The notes under the pieces: model-generated
The model's input: the letters and a program-made list of their open reading frames with translations, nothing else
The model's database searches: none
What the model was told of the DNA's origin: nothing
Program-made: the position numbers and the translations under genes
NCBI GenBank assembly: GCA_015067125.1
Contig: SVNB01000001.1
Span: 1-58,982, forward strand
Origin: Oscillospiraceae bacterium
GTDB lineage: Bacteria > Bacillota > Clostridia > Oscillospirales > Ruminococcaceae
Reading direction: 5' to 3'
Length of the DNA stretch: 58,982 bases
Part shown: in pieces, positions 16,566-25,468 of the stretch
Position numbering within the stretch: the first letter of the stretch is position 1
How the letters are laid out: each line of letters opens with the position of its first letter

Positions 16566-18026
16566 TTACTGGTTACCCATACGTTTTTTTGTTACGAGGA
16601 AAACGAGGGATCCTGCAACAAGAACGCCGCCGATAACGTAGAACATGGTGGTACCGATGCCGCCGGTTTCGGGAAGCATGGTGCCGGTTTTGTTAACAAC
16701 GTGAACGCCGGAACCGGTGGAGAAGATTCCGTCGTTAAAAGTTGCATCAAGGTTTCCATCGGAAATAATGAAAGCCTGGCGTGCGGCAAGCTGGTTATAA
16801 CCCGCAGGAGTTGTGGTTTCTTCAAGATAATAGTTGCCGTTATCAAAACCTACAACTCTTACCTGGCCATCTTTAACAATGATTTCAACTCCGGTTTTGT
16901 CCTCTTCTGCTCTTCTGTATGTTACGCCGTCATCCATAAGAACAACCGCAACTTCATTGCCACCTTCTGCTGCATCATAAATTTTGAATCCTGCGCCGTC
17001 GATAAGTTTGTTCTGGCTGTCGGTTTTAACAATATCAATACCGAAAGTTTTGGTTATAGTCTGGGATTCTTCGGTTTTATGGTCTTTGGTACCAAAGGTA
17101 AGCCATGCGGTGTTGGGGTTTCCTTCTCCTGCAATAACGGCATCTCTGTTAAGCATCGCGGTATAGGTTACGATTATTTTATCGTTGGATTTAAGGCTGT
17201 TGCAGAATTTTTCGGAAAATTTAACTTCAAAGGTGCAGCCATCTCCAAGTTCTGCGGTAGTAACAGTATAGTTTTCGGTGCTTTCATCATGTTCGGTGCT
17301 GCCGACAATATGTTTTACTCCGGTTACTTCTCCAAAAGTAAATCCGGCGGACATTTTATCGTGAAGAACATAATTCTGTGCGCCCTGATGTACGTTAATG
17401 GTAACCTGGAAAGTAACAAGCTGGCCGATGTCAGCGGTATTTTCTTTGCCGTAGTTTCCGGTGGAATCTTCCATTACCTGTTTGTTGATAGTGGGTGCGC
17501 CGTTTTTTGCGTTTACGGAAGCATTCGGGTTTGTTGTGGTAAGACCGCAAAGAGCGCCCATGGTGGTATCTACAAGATAGTAGCCGAGTTCGAGATTTTC
17601 GAATTTACCGGTAGTTCCGGTTACATCAAATTCGCCGGTGTTATCAGAAGATTTTACGGAAGCAATTCCGTTTGCCTCTGCATAGGCAAGAGCGAGTTTT
17701 GCAAAAGCCGCAACGGTTGCGTCGTCTTCGGCAGCAGTCCATGTTGCATAATTCTGGGAATCAACAGCAAAATATGCTTTTGCTTCGGTAGTTGCAAAGA
17801 ATTCGGTCCAAGCGGAGTTTACTTTGTAGGAATAAGCGCCGGAATCCGTATCATAGCTTTCGAGGTCAAGAAGTTTGTAAATTGCATAAGTTGCAACGGG
17901 TTTTCCGCCGTCAACGGTTACGCCGTTGATGGTGATGGAGCCAAGTTCTTCCGCAAAAGCGGTGATTCCAAGGGAGAAAATAAGTGCGATTGCAAGGATA
18001 AGACTTGCGATTTTTGTGAGTTTCAT
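16566..18026 (-). CDS. LPXTG-anchored major pilin (isopeptide-forming fimbrial subunit)
   Basis: Signal peptide, E-box-like YYLEETTTPAGYN, candidate pilin-motif lysine (GAPTINKQV), LPETGG followed by a TM segment and a KKR tail. Confidence 0.8.
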   Translation of the reverse strand: MKLTKIASLILAIALIFSLGITAFAEELGSITINGVTVDGGKPVATYAIYKLLDLESYDTDSGAYSYKVNSAWTEFFATTEAKAYFAVDSQNYATWTAAEDDATVAAFAKLALAYAEANGIASVKSSDNTGEFDVTGTTGKFENLELGYYLVDTTMGALCGLTTTNPNASVNAKNGAPTINKQVMEDSTGNYGKENTADIGQLVTFQVTINVHQGAQNYVLHDKMSAGFTFGEVTGVKHIVGSTEHDESTENYTVTTAELGDGCTFEVKFSEKFCNSLKSNDKIIVTYTAMLNRDAVIAGEGNPNTAWLTFGTKDHKTEESQTITKTFGIDIVKTDSQNKLIDGAGFKIYDAAEGGNEVAVVLMDDGVTYRRAEEDKTGVEIIVKDGQVRVVGFDNGNYYLEETTTPAGYNQLAARQAFIISDGNLDATFNDGIFSTGSGVHVVNKTGTMLPETGGIGTTMFYVIGGVLVAGSLVFLVTKKRMGNQ

Positions 18027-18091
18027 TTTTACACTTTCCTTTCTTTTGATTGAATTTATTTCCGAAATTTTTAAAACTGTTTTGTTGCGCT

Positions 18092-21000
18092 TCAGGAGGT
18101 ATCCTCCTTTCTTCGCTTTTTGTTTATTCTGTATATCAAAGCGGCGCTTGCTCCAATGGCAAAGATTCCGCCGATGATACCGGGAATAATTCCTCCTCCG
18201 CCGGTTCGCGGAAGTTCGTAATGAAGCCGATATACGTTTGTAACGGTTACCTCGTATTGATTTCCGGTAAGAGTTTTTTCGCCGTATTCGGTTTTCCAGT
18301 CTTCGGAGAAGAAAACCTCTTCAACGGAATAATCTATTTCTTCCCCTCCACTGTCCGTTTTAGGAAGATCGGTAAATGTATATGTCCAGCCATTTTTAAG
18401 GTTCAGCTGGGCGCTCATTCCGGAATCCTTTCCGTTTTCAAGAAGCTTCATTGTTACAACAAACTGTTCATAAACCTTTTCGGTTGCAAAGCCCTGGGTA
18501 TCCCAAGCTTTGTTCACCTTAAAGGAAACGCTGTTATCAACGGTAATCGGTTCGTTTGTAATAAGGAAGCCTTTTCCGTCAAGTTCGATTGTTTCATTGG
18601 TGGTCGTCCGCACTTCTTCATAAAGATCGAAACTCAAAGCGTTTTTGGAATTGTTGTTCGTTGTTCCGTTTCCATCAGAAATTCCGGCGAAGTAATAACC
18701 GCTGTGGCTAAGCCTTTCGTTTGAAAAAGCAAGAGCGGTATTGCTTCCGGGATCGTCGTCCGCCCGGAACTGTCTTGTGGTGTTCCACCAGTTGGAAGAA
18801 TAAGTATAATAATAAAGCTTCTGTCCAAGTTCGTTGGTAAAAGAATAGTTTGAACCGTTTTCTTTGGTTATTACCCACCTTGTTCCGGCAGAACTTTTTG
18901 CCGCGGCTTCGTCTGTTTCCCAAGAAAGCTCGTCGTTTTCGGCTTTAAGATACCCGCTTTCGGTTTTGAGGAGATAGGTTTTCTCGCTTGTTATGGAAGT
19001 TGTCTTTTCCCAGGTAATTTCCGTTTTTTCGATGGTGGATTCGGTAATTTCTGTTATCGTTCCGAAATATCCGGAAACCGTTCCTTCCTCAACGGTATAA
19101 ACAACCTCTTTTTCGCTTTCGCCTTTAAGCGGAAGGTTCTTCCATGTATGAGTCCAATCGTTGGCTTCGTTGAGAACCGCTTCCTGGATTCGGAAACCGT
19201 TTGCAAGGATATAGACCGTTACGGAATCTTTTGAATGGTCAATGTTGTCGTCCCATTGTTTCTTTACCAGAACGGAAGTGACTTCGTCGCCGTAATCCTG
19301 TTTTGCGTTTGTTGCAACAAGGTTTACTTCGTGGTTTTCAACGTCTATTTTATATCCGTGAACAGTGAAACCGCCGGAAAGATCGCTTCCTTCCGCATTT
19401 TCATCCGGAATAACGTCAAAGGTTGCCGTTCCCTGGCTGTTGATCTTCATAACGATAATTCCGTTTGCAACGCCGTAACCGCCGTTTGTGGGATACTTTG
19501 TTTCTTTTATATAGTAAGTGTTGCCTGCCGCAAGACCCCAGAAAGACGTATATCCGTTTTCAACAACAAATTCGCTTTGCGAAGGATTTCCTGCTTCATA
19601 ATCTGCGTGGCTTTTCCAAAGGTTTACTTTATTTGTACAAGCTTTGTCGCTGAAAACCGTAAATTCCGCTCCGTTAAGAAGATCCCTTGTAAGAACGTCT
19701 TCTTTCTGGAGTTTAAGTCCGTACCGGGTGCTTATGTTGAATTTTACCTTGCAGTTTGAAGCGGATGCGCCTCGCTCAAGATAATACATTGTAAGAGTAT
19801 GCTCGCCTGCTCCAATAGATTTTGGAAGAGCGGACGTACTGCCGTTTACCGTAACAACTCCGGTGGAAAAGTTTATGGAACCTTTAAGCGCATCATGGAT
19901 GCCGCCGATATCGAGAACAAGAATATCGTCAACATATACCCAGACGTCATCGTCACCGGTAAAATCGAAAACAAGCTCTTCTCCGTTTACTCCTCTGTTC
20001 ACCGTGTTTCCGTCGGAATCCTTTTCTCCCGGATTGTTCGGAAGATAGAACCTGATATCTGTCTGGATTCCGAACCAATATTCCGCATTTACCCCGGAAC
20101 CTCCGAGATACTGATAATGGGTTGTCCCGTTATATTCTCCGTACTGACCGTTGTTGCTATATGTTCCGACCGGTCTTCCGTTTGTGTTTACATAAGGAGA
20201 GTTCAGCGGAAGGAAGTCAGCCGTGCTTGAATCCACCGCGCGTTCAAGGTAATCATAAACATAGAATCTTTGTGCGCTTTGATTATAGGAAGCGGCATGA
20301 TAGAGCGAATCGTAATAATAGTATCCGTAATATTCGGTGTTAGCCGGGTCATCGCAATACTGGAACAGGTGGTCGCCGGTTCCAAGATAGGTTTTTCCGA
20401 TAATTCCGGTTCCGGTTGCCGGATTAAAGGAATTTCCTGTTCCGAAAAGGCGGTCAATGATTTCATCATCGAGAAGATTTGCGTTTGTATTGCCGCCGGT
20501 ATATTTATTATCGCCGTTATCCGAATTGCTCGGATAAGAAAGTTTTCCGCCGCTCCAGTCGCGGAAAATAAGGTTTCCGGCACCTTTGTCCGTCGAAATA
20601 ATCGACCAGGTTTCGCTGTGACCGGAAGCGTTTACCGTAACGTTTGCTTTCGCATAAGGTATATTGAAGAACGGACTGTAATCAAAAACTTTTGTGGTAA
20701 TAAAATCGTTGGTGCTTACCGTTTGGGAAACGGCAGCGTTAAACTGACCGATATCATAAGTTGCCGGAACCCAGTCCGCATAAAAGACCATGCTTGCTTC
20801 CGGATTTATTTCTTCGCCTGCAGGATAATATTTTCCGCTTACCACGTCATACCAGCCCTGCACCCTGTAATTATATCTGTCCGGAGTTTTCCAGCTTTCC
20901 GGAAGGATGAATTTTTCGCCTTTCAAAATAGCATATCCGGTGTTGTCGGAACCGGAAAGGTAATCCATTCCGCCGTTTGTTCCGTCAACCCAGATATAAA

Positions 21001-23287
21001 TTTCATCCGATGTATCGTAAATTCCAAAGTTATAAACAGCCGCCTGGTTCTGGTCCTGGGTAACCTTAAAAATTTCGTTCTCCTTATCAAGATAGGCATA
21101 TTCGCTGTTGCTTCGGATTTTTATTCCTCCGTTTGCGTCAACGATAACGCTTGTATAGGCACCGCTTGTGGTAACGCCGCTTCCGTTATTCGGATACGCG
21201 TGCATATATCTTCCGGAAGAGGCATTTTTTATAATATATGTATTCGTATCTCTTTTTGTAAAGCTCCAGAGAAGTTCGTTTCTGCTGCCCACATCCGCGG
21301 TTATTGTTCCGTCCGATGAAATATTTATCGGAACGGCATTTCCGGAACCATCAAATGCATAATAACCGTTCTGACCTTTTGTATATACAACAAAAAGCGC
21401 TGTATCCGTAAACATATTCTGGTTATAGGAAACGGTTTTTCCGATTTCCGTTTCAACAAGAACTGCCATAGACCAGATATATTCAAGTTCCATCAGCTTT
21501 TCGCTGTTGGTAACAAATTTTCTGTGGTTTTCCGGAAGATCCGTATAGTATTTGTAAGCCATTCCAACCTGCTGATAAATTTCCGTAAGCCAGGCTTCTT
21601 CGCCTTCATAATCTTCCGCTTCTTCAAATTCCATGATTTTTGCGTCGATTTCGTCCGCCGTCGGAAGGGCATCTATCATGAAAATAACGGTTTCGATTCT
21701 TAATCTTTCTTCCTCCGGAAGATCTTCAAATCCAAGCTTGCATTCTTCGGTATGAGCATGTTCTTCTATTCCGCAAATCGCTTCGCCGTTTTCATTGAAG
21801 CATTCATCTGTATGTGCGTGCTCATCTATTCCGCAGAAATATTCCGGTTCGGTTTTTTCGTTAAGACATTCTTCGGTATGAGCATGTTCTTCGGCTTCGC
21901 AGATTAAGTTTCCGCCTTCGTCATAGCATTCTTCGATATGCGCATGCTCAGTCATTCCGCAGAAATATTCCGGTTCTGTTTTTTCGTTAAGACATTCTTC
22001 AGTATGAGCATGTTCCTCGGCTTCGCAGATTAAGTTTCCGCCTTCGTCATAGCATTCTTCGGCGTGTGCGTGCTCATCAATTCCGCAGAAATATTCCGGC
22101 GCGGTTTCTTCAGTTTTTTCTTCAAGGCAGCTTTCGCTGTGTATATGTTCTTCAAAGCCGCAGATAAGATTTCCGTTTTCATCAAAGCAGTTATCGTGGA
22201 TATGTTCTTCCAATCCGCAGTGATATGGCGACGGAATCGCTATTGCCGCAAAACCAAAAATCGTTTCGTCCGCTTTTCCATAAGGAACAGCCTGTACGCT
22301 TTCACCGTAATCGCCTATTACCGTTTTATAACTGTCCTCGGTAATTTCGATTATGATTCCCGCTCTGTCCGGTTTTCCGTTTCTGTCTTCATCAAAGAAA
22401 ATCAAATCTCCGGCAAGAGCTTCGTGCTCACCAAAATGTTTGTAAATATCGGTTCCCGGTGATGAAAGAAGCTCGATCCATTTTTCAACATCCGCATCAA
22501 ACGGAATTTCCGCCTTTGCGTATTCAAGACAGAAACCGGCGAAAAGAATGTTCCAGTCCGCATAGGGTTCTTCGAACCATTCGCCGTAACGGGTGCGGCC
22601 TTTTATTGTTTCTCCGTCCTCAAGGACTATATAGTTTTTTGTGCTTTCGTGATAGCCAAGCTGGCTTTTTGCTATCGTTATAAGATTTTCGGAAACAACC
22701 TCGCCTAAATCTGCGGAAGCGAAGCTTGCGCTCCACTGTTCTTCGGTTTCAATATCCGCGTTATTATCAGAATAACATGCAAGGCTGTGGCTGTGTTCCA
22801 AAAGTTCGCAGGAAACGGTTTTTATTTCATAACATTCATCGCCGTGGCTGTGGCCTTCTGTTTCCAAAATTTCGCAGATGAGTGAGGTTTCATAGCATTC
22901 CTCGGAATGGATATGCTCTTCTTCTTTTTCGCAGATAAGCTGCTCCTCGGAATAGCACTCTTCGGAATGAAGGTGGTTTTCTTCTGTTTCGCAGATAAGA
23001 ACTTTTTCAAAACACTGTTCGGAATGGAAATGCGCTTCCTCTTCCGGAAGTTCACAAAGAAGAACCTTTTCTTCTGCCGCAAGGCAGCTTTCGGAATGGG
23101 TATGTTCTTCTGTTCCGCAGAAAGTTTCCCTTTCCTGTGTGATTGCAGGAAGGATGAGCGCATAGGTTGTGCAGAAAACCACCGCAGCGGAAAGTACCGA
23201 AAGAATTTTTAGCCAGATTTTTTTGCGGCTGTTCTTCTTCGCATATTTTTTCATTCTTTGTTCAAGATTGCTTTCCAAAACGCGCAC
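18092..23287 (-). CDS. 1,731-aa LPXTG-type pilus tip adhesin candidate
   Basis: 14 Cys-His modules, a CHAP/NlpC-P60-like segment, a fibro-slime/PA14-like domain (FDFTGDDDVWVYVDDILVLDIGGIHD) and SpaA/Cna-B domains (YYIKETKYPTNGGY; VLVKKQWDD...VYTVEEGTVSGY). Ends in LPRTGGG, a TM segment and KKRRK. The track start is a GTG abutting GGAGG; the in-frame TTG at 23278 (9-nt spacing) is a likelier start. Confidence 0.8.
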   Translation of the reverse strand: MRVLESNLEQRMKKYAKKNSRKKIWLKILSVLSAAVVFCTTYALILPAITQERETFCGTEEHTHSESCLAAEEKVLLCELPEEEAHFHSEQCFEKVLICETEENHLHSEECYSEEQLICEKEEEHIHSEECYETSLICEILETEGHSHGDECYEIKTVSCELLEHSHSLACYSDNNADIETEEQWSASFASADLGEVVSENLITIAKSQLGYHESTKNYIVLEDGETIKGRTRYGEWFEEPYADWNILFAGFCLEYAKAEIPFDADVEKWIELLSSPGTDIYKHFGEHEALAGDLIFFDEDRNGKPDRAGIIIEITEDSYKTVIGDYGESVQAVPYGKADETIFGFAAIAIPSPYHCGLEEHIHDNCFDENGNLICGFEEHIHSESCLEEKTEETAPEYFCGIDEHAHAEECYDEGGNLICEAEEHAHTEECLNEKTEPEYFCGMTEHAHIEECYDEGGNLICEAEEHAHTEECLNEKTEPEYFCGIDEHAHTDECFNENGEAICGIEEHAHTEECKLGFEDLPEEERLRIETVIFMIDALPTADEIDAKIMEFEEAEDYEGEEAWLTEIYQQVGMAYKYYTDLPENHRKFVTNSEKLMELEYIWSMAVLVETEIGKTVSYNQNMFTDTALFVVYTKGQNGYYAFDGSGNAVPINISSDGTITADVGSRNELLWSFTKRDTNTYIIKNASSGRYMHAYPNNGSGVTTSGAYTSVIVDANGGIKIRSNSEYAYLDKENEIFKVTQDQNQAAVYNFGIYDTSDEIYIWVDGTNGGMDYLSGSDNTGYAILKGEKFILPESWKTPDRYNYRVQGWYDVVSGKYYPAGEEINPEASMVFYADWVPATYDIGQFNAAVSQTVSTNDFITTKVFDYSPFFNIPYAKANVTVNASGHSETWSIISTDKGAGNLIFRDWSGGKLSYPSNSDNGDNKYTGGNTNANLLDDEIIDRLFGTGNSFNPATGTGIIGKTYLGTGDHLFQYCDDPANTEYYGYYYYDSLYHAASYNQSAQRFYVYDYLERAVDSSTADFLPLNSPYVNTNGRPVGTYSNNGQYGEYNGTTHYQYLGGSGVNAEYWFGIQTDIRFYLPNNPGEKDSDGNTVNRGVNGEELVFDFTGDDDVWVYVDDILVLDIGGIHDALKGSINFSTGVVTVNGSTSALPKSIGAGEHTLTMYYLERGASASNCKVKFNISTRYGLKLQKEDVLTRDLLNGAEFTVFSDKACTNKVNLWKSHADYEAGNPSQSEFVVENGYTSFWGLAAGNTYYIKETKYPTNGGYGVANGIIVMKINSQGTATFDVIPDENAEGSDLSGGFTVHGYKIDVENHEVNLVATNAKQDYGDEVTSVLVKKQWDDNIDHSKDSVTVYILANGFRIQEAVLNEANDWTHTWKNLPLKGESEKEVVYTVEEGTVSGYFGTITEITESTIEKTEITWEKTTSITSEKTYLLKTESGYLKAENDELSWETDEAAAKSSAGTRWVITKENGSNYSFTNELGQKLYYYTYSSNWWNTTRQFRADDDPGSNTALAFSNERLSHSGYYFAGISDGNGTTNNNSKNALSFDLYEEVRTTTNETIELDGKGFLITNEPITVDNSVSFKVNKAWDTQGFATEKVYEQFVVTMKLLENGKDSGMSAQLNLKNGWTYTFTDLPKTDSGGEEIDYSVEEVFFSEDWKTEYGEKTLTGNQYEVTVTNVYRLHYELPRTGGGGIIPGIIGGIFAIGASAALIYRINKKRRKEDTS
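21831..22082 (-). repeat. Two near-identical 126-nt (42-codon) tandem units inside the tip adhesin gene
   Basis: Units start at 21831 and 21957. By eye there are 3 differences in the first 100 nt or so and about 11 overall. More diverged copies flank them (next unit starts at 22083). Each unit encodes two C-x-x-x-EH-x-H-x-E-E-C modules. Confidence 0.85.
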
Positions 23288-23319
23288 CCTCCTTCCTTTT
23301 TTATTTTAATTTTTTGCCG

Positions 23320-23904
23320 TTATTCAATAATTCCAAAATCAGAAACCGGCCAGACCCGGAAAACAATTTTTCCGACAATCTGCTCTTCCGGAATACAGCC
23401 CACAACGGAAACACGGCTGTCAACCGAAGTTTCCCGATGGTCGCCCATCAAAAAATATTTCGAATCCGGAACCTGGTAAGGATATTCAATATCACATTCC
23501 CCAAAAGATTTTTCGCTTACATAAGGTTCATAAAGTTCCGTTCCATTTACAAAAACCGTTCCGTTTTCGTCAATAAGAACATAATCCGACGGGCAGGCTA
23601 TTATTCTTTTTACAAGAAGTTTGTTGCCGATATAAAACGCAACAAGATCTCCCTGTTCAAAATTTTTTCCTTTTACCGAAACAACGATCTGTCCTTCATC
23701 AATAGTGGGCGTCATGGACGAACCGTAAATCTGAAGAACCGGCATCCATAAAGTTGCCACAAGAACAGCAAAAGCCGCAACTACAACAAGAGTATAAACT
23801 GTACTTTTGAAAACATTTATATATCTTCGTTTGTACTTTACTCTGTTAAGTTCGGCTTTCAGTTCATCAATTTCGGGCATTTGTTTTTTTGCCTTTATTC
23901 TCAT
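23320..23904 (-). CDS. Signal peptidase I (S26) encoded immediately upstream of the tip adhesin
   Basis: TM anchor, GSSMTPTI (Ser box), LVKRIIACPSD (Lys box), GDHRETSVDSR. The catalytic dyad appears intact. Confidence 0.85.
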   Translation of the reverse strand: MRIKAKKQMPEIDELKAELNRVKYKRRYINVFKSTVYTLVVVAAFAVLVATLWMPVLQIYGSSMTPTIDEGQIVVSVKGKNFEQGDLVAFYIGNKLLVKRIIACPSDYVLIDENGTVFVNGTELYEPYVSEKSFGECDIEYPYQVPDSKYFLMGDHRETSVDSRVSVVGCIPEEQIVGKIVFRVWPVSDFGIIE

Positions 23905-24407
23905 TTTTCGTCCTGATCCTTTTTGAGGTAAGCCATTGACAGAAGTTCGCGAAGACCGGCATGTTCGCTATAAAATTTATCAAGTCGTTTGGAAACATCG
24001 TCCCAATATGCTTTGGATTCTTTTTCCGCTTTGGAAACAATCAAATCCGCTTTTGCTCTGGCTTCCGCTTCAATTGCGGCGCTGCGGCTTTGAGCTTCTG
24101 CAACCTGGCGTTCGCATTTTTCCCGGGTTTCTCTTTCTTTTATCCTGGCAAGAGCATCCTGTCTTTCGCTCAGTTTTTTTACGCTTTCAACATATTGAAT
24201 GCTTGCAGCCTGGGCCGCTTCAAAAACACCGTTTATCGCAAGGGCGGCTTCGGCAATTGAACCCGCTTCCGAAAGGATTATTTCTCTTTCTTTAAGTTCT
24301 GCCTTTGCTTTTTCAAGTTCGGCTTTAAGCTTTTCCATTTCTTCGCTCTGTTCGATAAGCATCTGGAGCAAATCGGTTCTTGAAAGCTTTTTCATTTCTT
24401 TTTCAGT
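23901..24407 (-). CDS. Coiled-coil protein of unknown function, translationally coupled (ATGA) to the signal peptidase gene
   Basis: ORF 23901..24467. AAGGAG lies 9 nt before the in-frame TTG at 24407; an ATG (MKKLSRTDLL) follows at 24395. Heptad-rich, A/E/K-rich sequence. Confidence 0.6.
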   Translation of the reverse strand, partial: TEKEMKKLSRTDLLQMLIEQSEEMEKLKAELEKAKAELKEREIILSEAGSIAEAALAINGVFEAAQAASIQYVESVKKLSERQDALARIKERETREKCERQVAEAQSRSAAIEAEARAKADLIVSKAEKESKAYWDDVSKRLDKFYSEHAGLRELLSMAYLKKDQDEK

Positions 24408-24487
24408 CAAGCGGCTCAACTCCTTATAATAAAAAAACACCATTAACTGAAAATAGCGCAAGAGCACTACATAAAGATAATAGTATT

Positions 24488-24552
24488 ACTATTAGTTAGT
24501 ATAATACTTATACATTGTGTTTGTCAATCCTGCTTTTAGTTAAACTAATAGT
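24488..24552. promoter_or_regulatory. AT-rich divergent control region with a 9-bp perfect inverted repeat
   Basis: ACTATTAGT (24488-24496) and ACTAATAGT (24544-24552) are reverse complements. TATAAT at 24500-24505. Lies between the XRE gene and the pilus operon. Confidence 0.3.
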
Positions 24553-24906
24553 ATGGACGGTGATAAGATGCGTGAAAAGAAAGAAATAAACATAAAAATA
24601 GGCGAACACGTAAAAAAGGCAAGAGAAAGGGCCGGAATTACCCAGGAACAGCTTGCGGAAAAAATAGATGTTTCGCCCCAGTATATTTCGGATCTGGAAC
24701 GCGGCGTGGTCGGAATTTCAGTTGAAAAATTAAAAAATCTCTGCGTTGTTCTTGGAGTAAGCAGCGACGAAATTCTTTTCGGAAACATTCATGCCGAAAG
24801 TTCGGCAGCTTTTTTCGAGAAAATCAGCATCCTTTCCGAAAGCCAGGTTCTTATTCTTTCGGACATCATAAACAAATACATAGAAGCGGTTTCTTTGGAT
24901 AAATAA
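24553..24906 (+). CDS. XRE-family helix-turn-helix transcriptional regulator
   Basis: IGEHVKKARERAGITQEQLAEKIDVSPQYISDLERG is a classic Cro/C1-type HTH. An alternative ATG lies at 24568. Confidence 0.8.
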   Translation: MDGDKMREKKEINIKIGEHVKKARERAGITQEQLAEKIDVSPQYISDLERGVVGISVEKLKNLCVVLGVSSDEILFGNIHAESSAAFFEKISILSESQVLILSDIINKYIEAVSLDK

Positions 24907-25006
24907 TATCTGCCTGTTGCTTCGCTGCCGGAAAGCGCAAAAAAATCGGCATTTTACAAAAATCCGAAAACTTGTTCTGCCAAGACAATCGAAGGCATCC
25001 CAAACA

Positions 25007-25048
25007 AATAAGCCACCTAACCTCCAAATGTTGGTCAGGTGGCTTATT
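25007..25048. terminator. Bidirectional terminator shared by the XRE gene and ssrA
   Basis: AATAAGCCACCT...AGGTGGCTTATT 12-bp stem with A/T-rich flanks. Confidence 0.7.
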
Positions 25049-25078
25049 CTGTAATTTTTCACACTATGTGAAACTGAT

Positions 25079-25428
25079 TGGTGGAGGCGAGGGGAGTCGA
25101 ACCCCTGTCCGAAAGTCCGTCCACACAAACTTCTCCGGGTGCAGAATGTTGTTTAAGCTTCCCGAATAAACCAGACAGCAGTCAAACCGGTCTGTTCGGT
25201 ATTTTCCTGTTACGGCGGCGGTACGGAAAAAGCTCCCGCCTGTCGTTCACCGCTGATCGACGCCCTTACCAAAGCCGCGGTACTCTTTGGCAGAACGGCT
25301 GCTTAATTAAGCAGCAAAAGCAAATCTGTTAGATTTAGCGTTTATTGTTTTTACCCGTTTTATAGATGGCCGGGCGCATCTACCCGCTATTCATGCTTCA
25401 AAACCCCCGTCGAAACCTTTACGCCCCC
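25079..25428 (-). ncRNA. ssrA: tmRNA
   Basis: Minus strand starts GGGGGCGTAAAGGTTTCGACGGGGGTT and ends GGACAGGGGTTCGACTCCCCTCGCCTCCACCA, a tRNA-Ala-like acceptor/T-arm with CCA. The internal tag frame ends ...AAA TCT AAC AGA TTT GCT TTT GCT GCT TAA (…KSNRFAFAA). It lies next to smpB. Confidence 0.95.
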
Positions 25429-25468
25429 ATATATAAGAAAGCTTCGGTCCCAAAAAAGGAATAAAAAG

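Noticed and set aside
21740-23160. Periodic repeats that might suggest a CRISPR-like or other non-coding array.
   Set aside because: The repeats are in-frame 42-codon units within one uninterrupted 1,731-codon gene, with no unique spacers. I saw no CRISPR array anywhere in the window.
24730-25332. ORFs 24730..25128 (-), 24972..25169 (+) and 25078..25332 (+).
   Set aside because: They overlap the tmRNA gene and its terminator. The tmRNA identity is unambiguous (5' GGGGGCGTAAAGGTTTCGACGGGG, 3' GGTTCGACTCCCCTCGCCTCCACCA).
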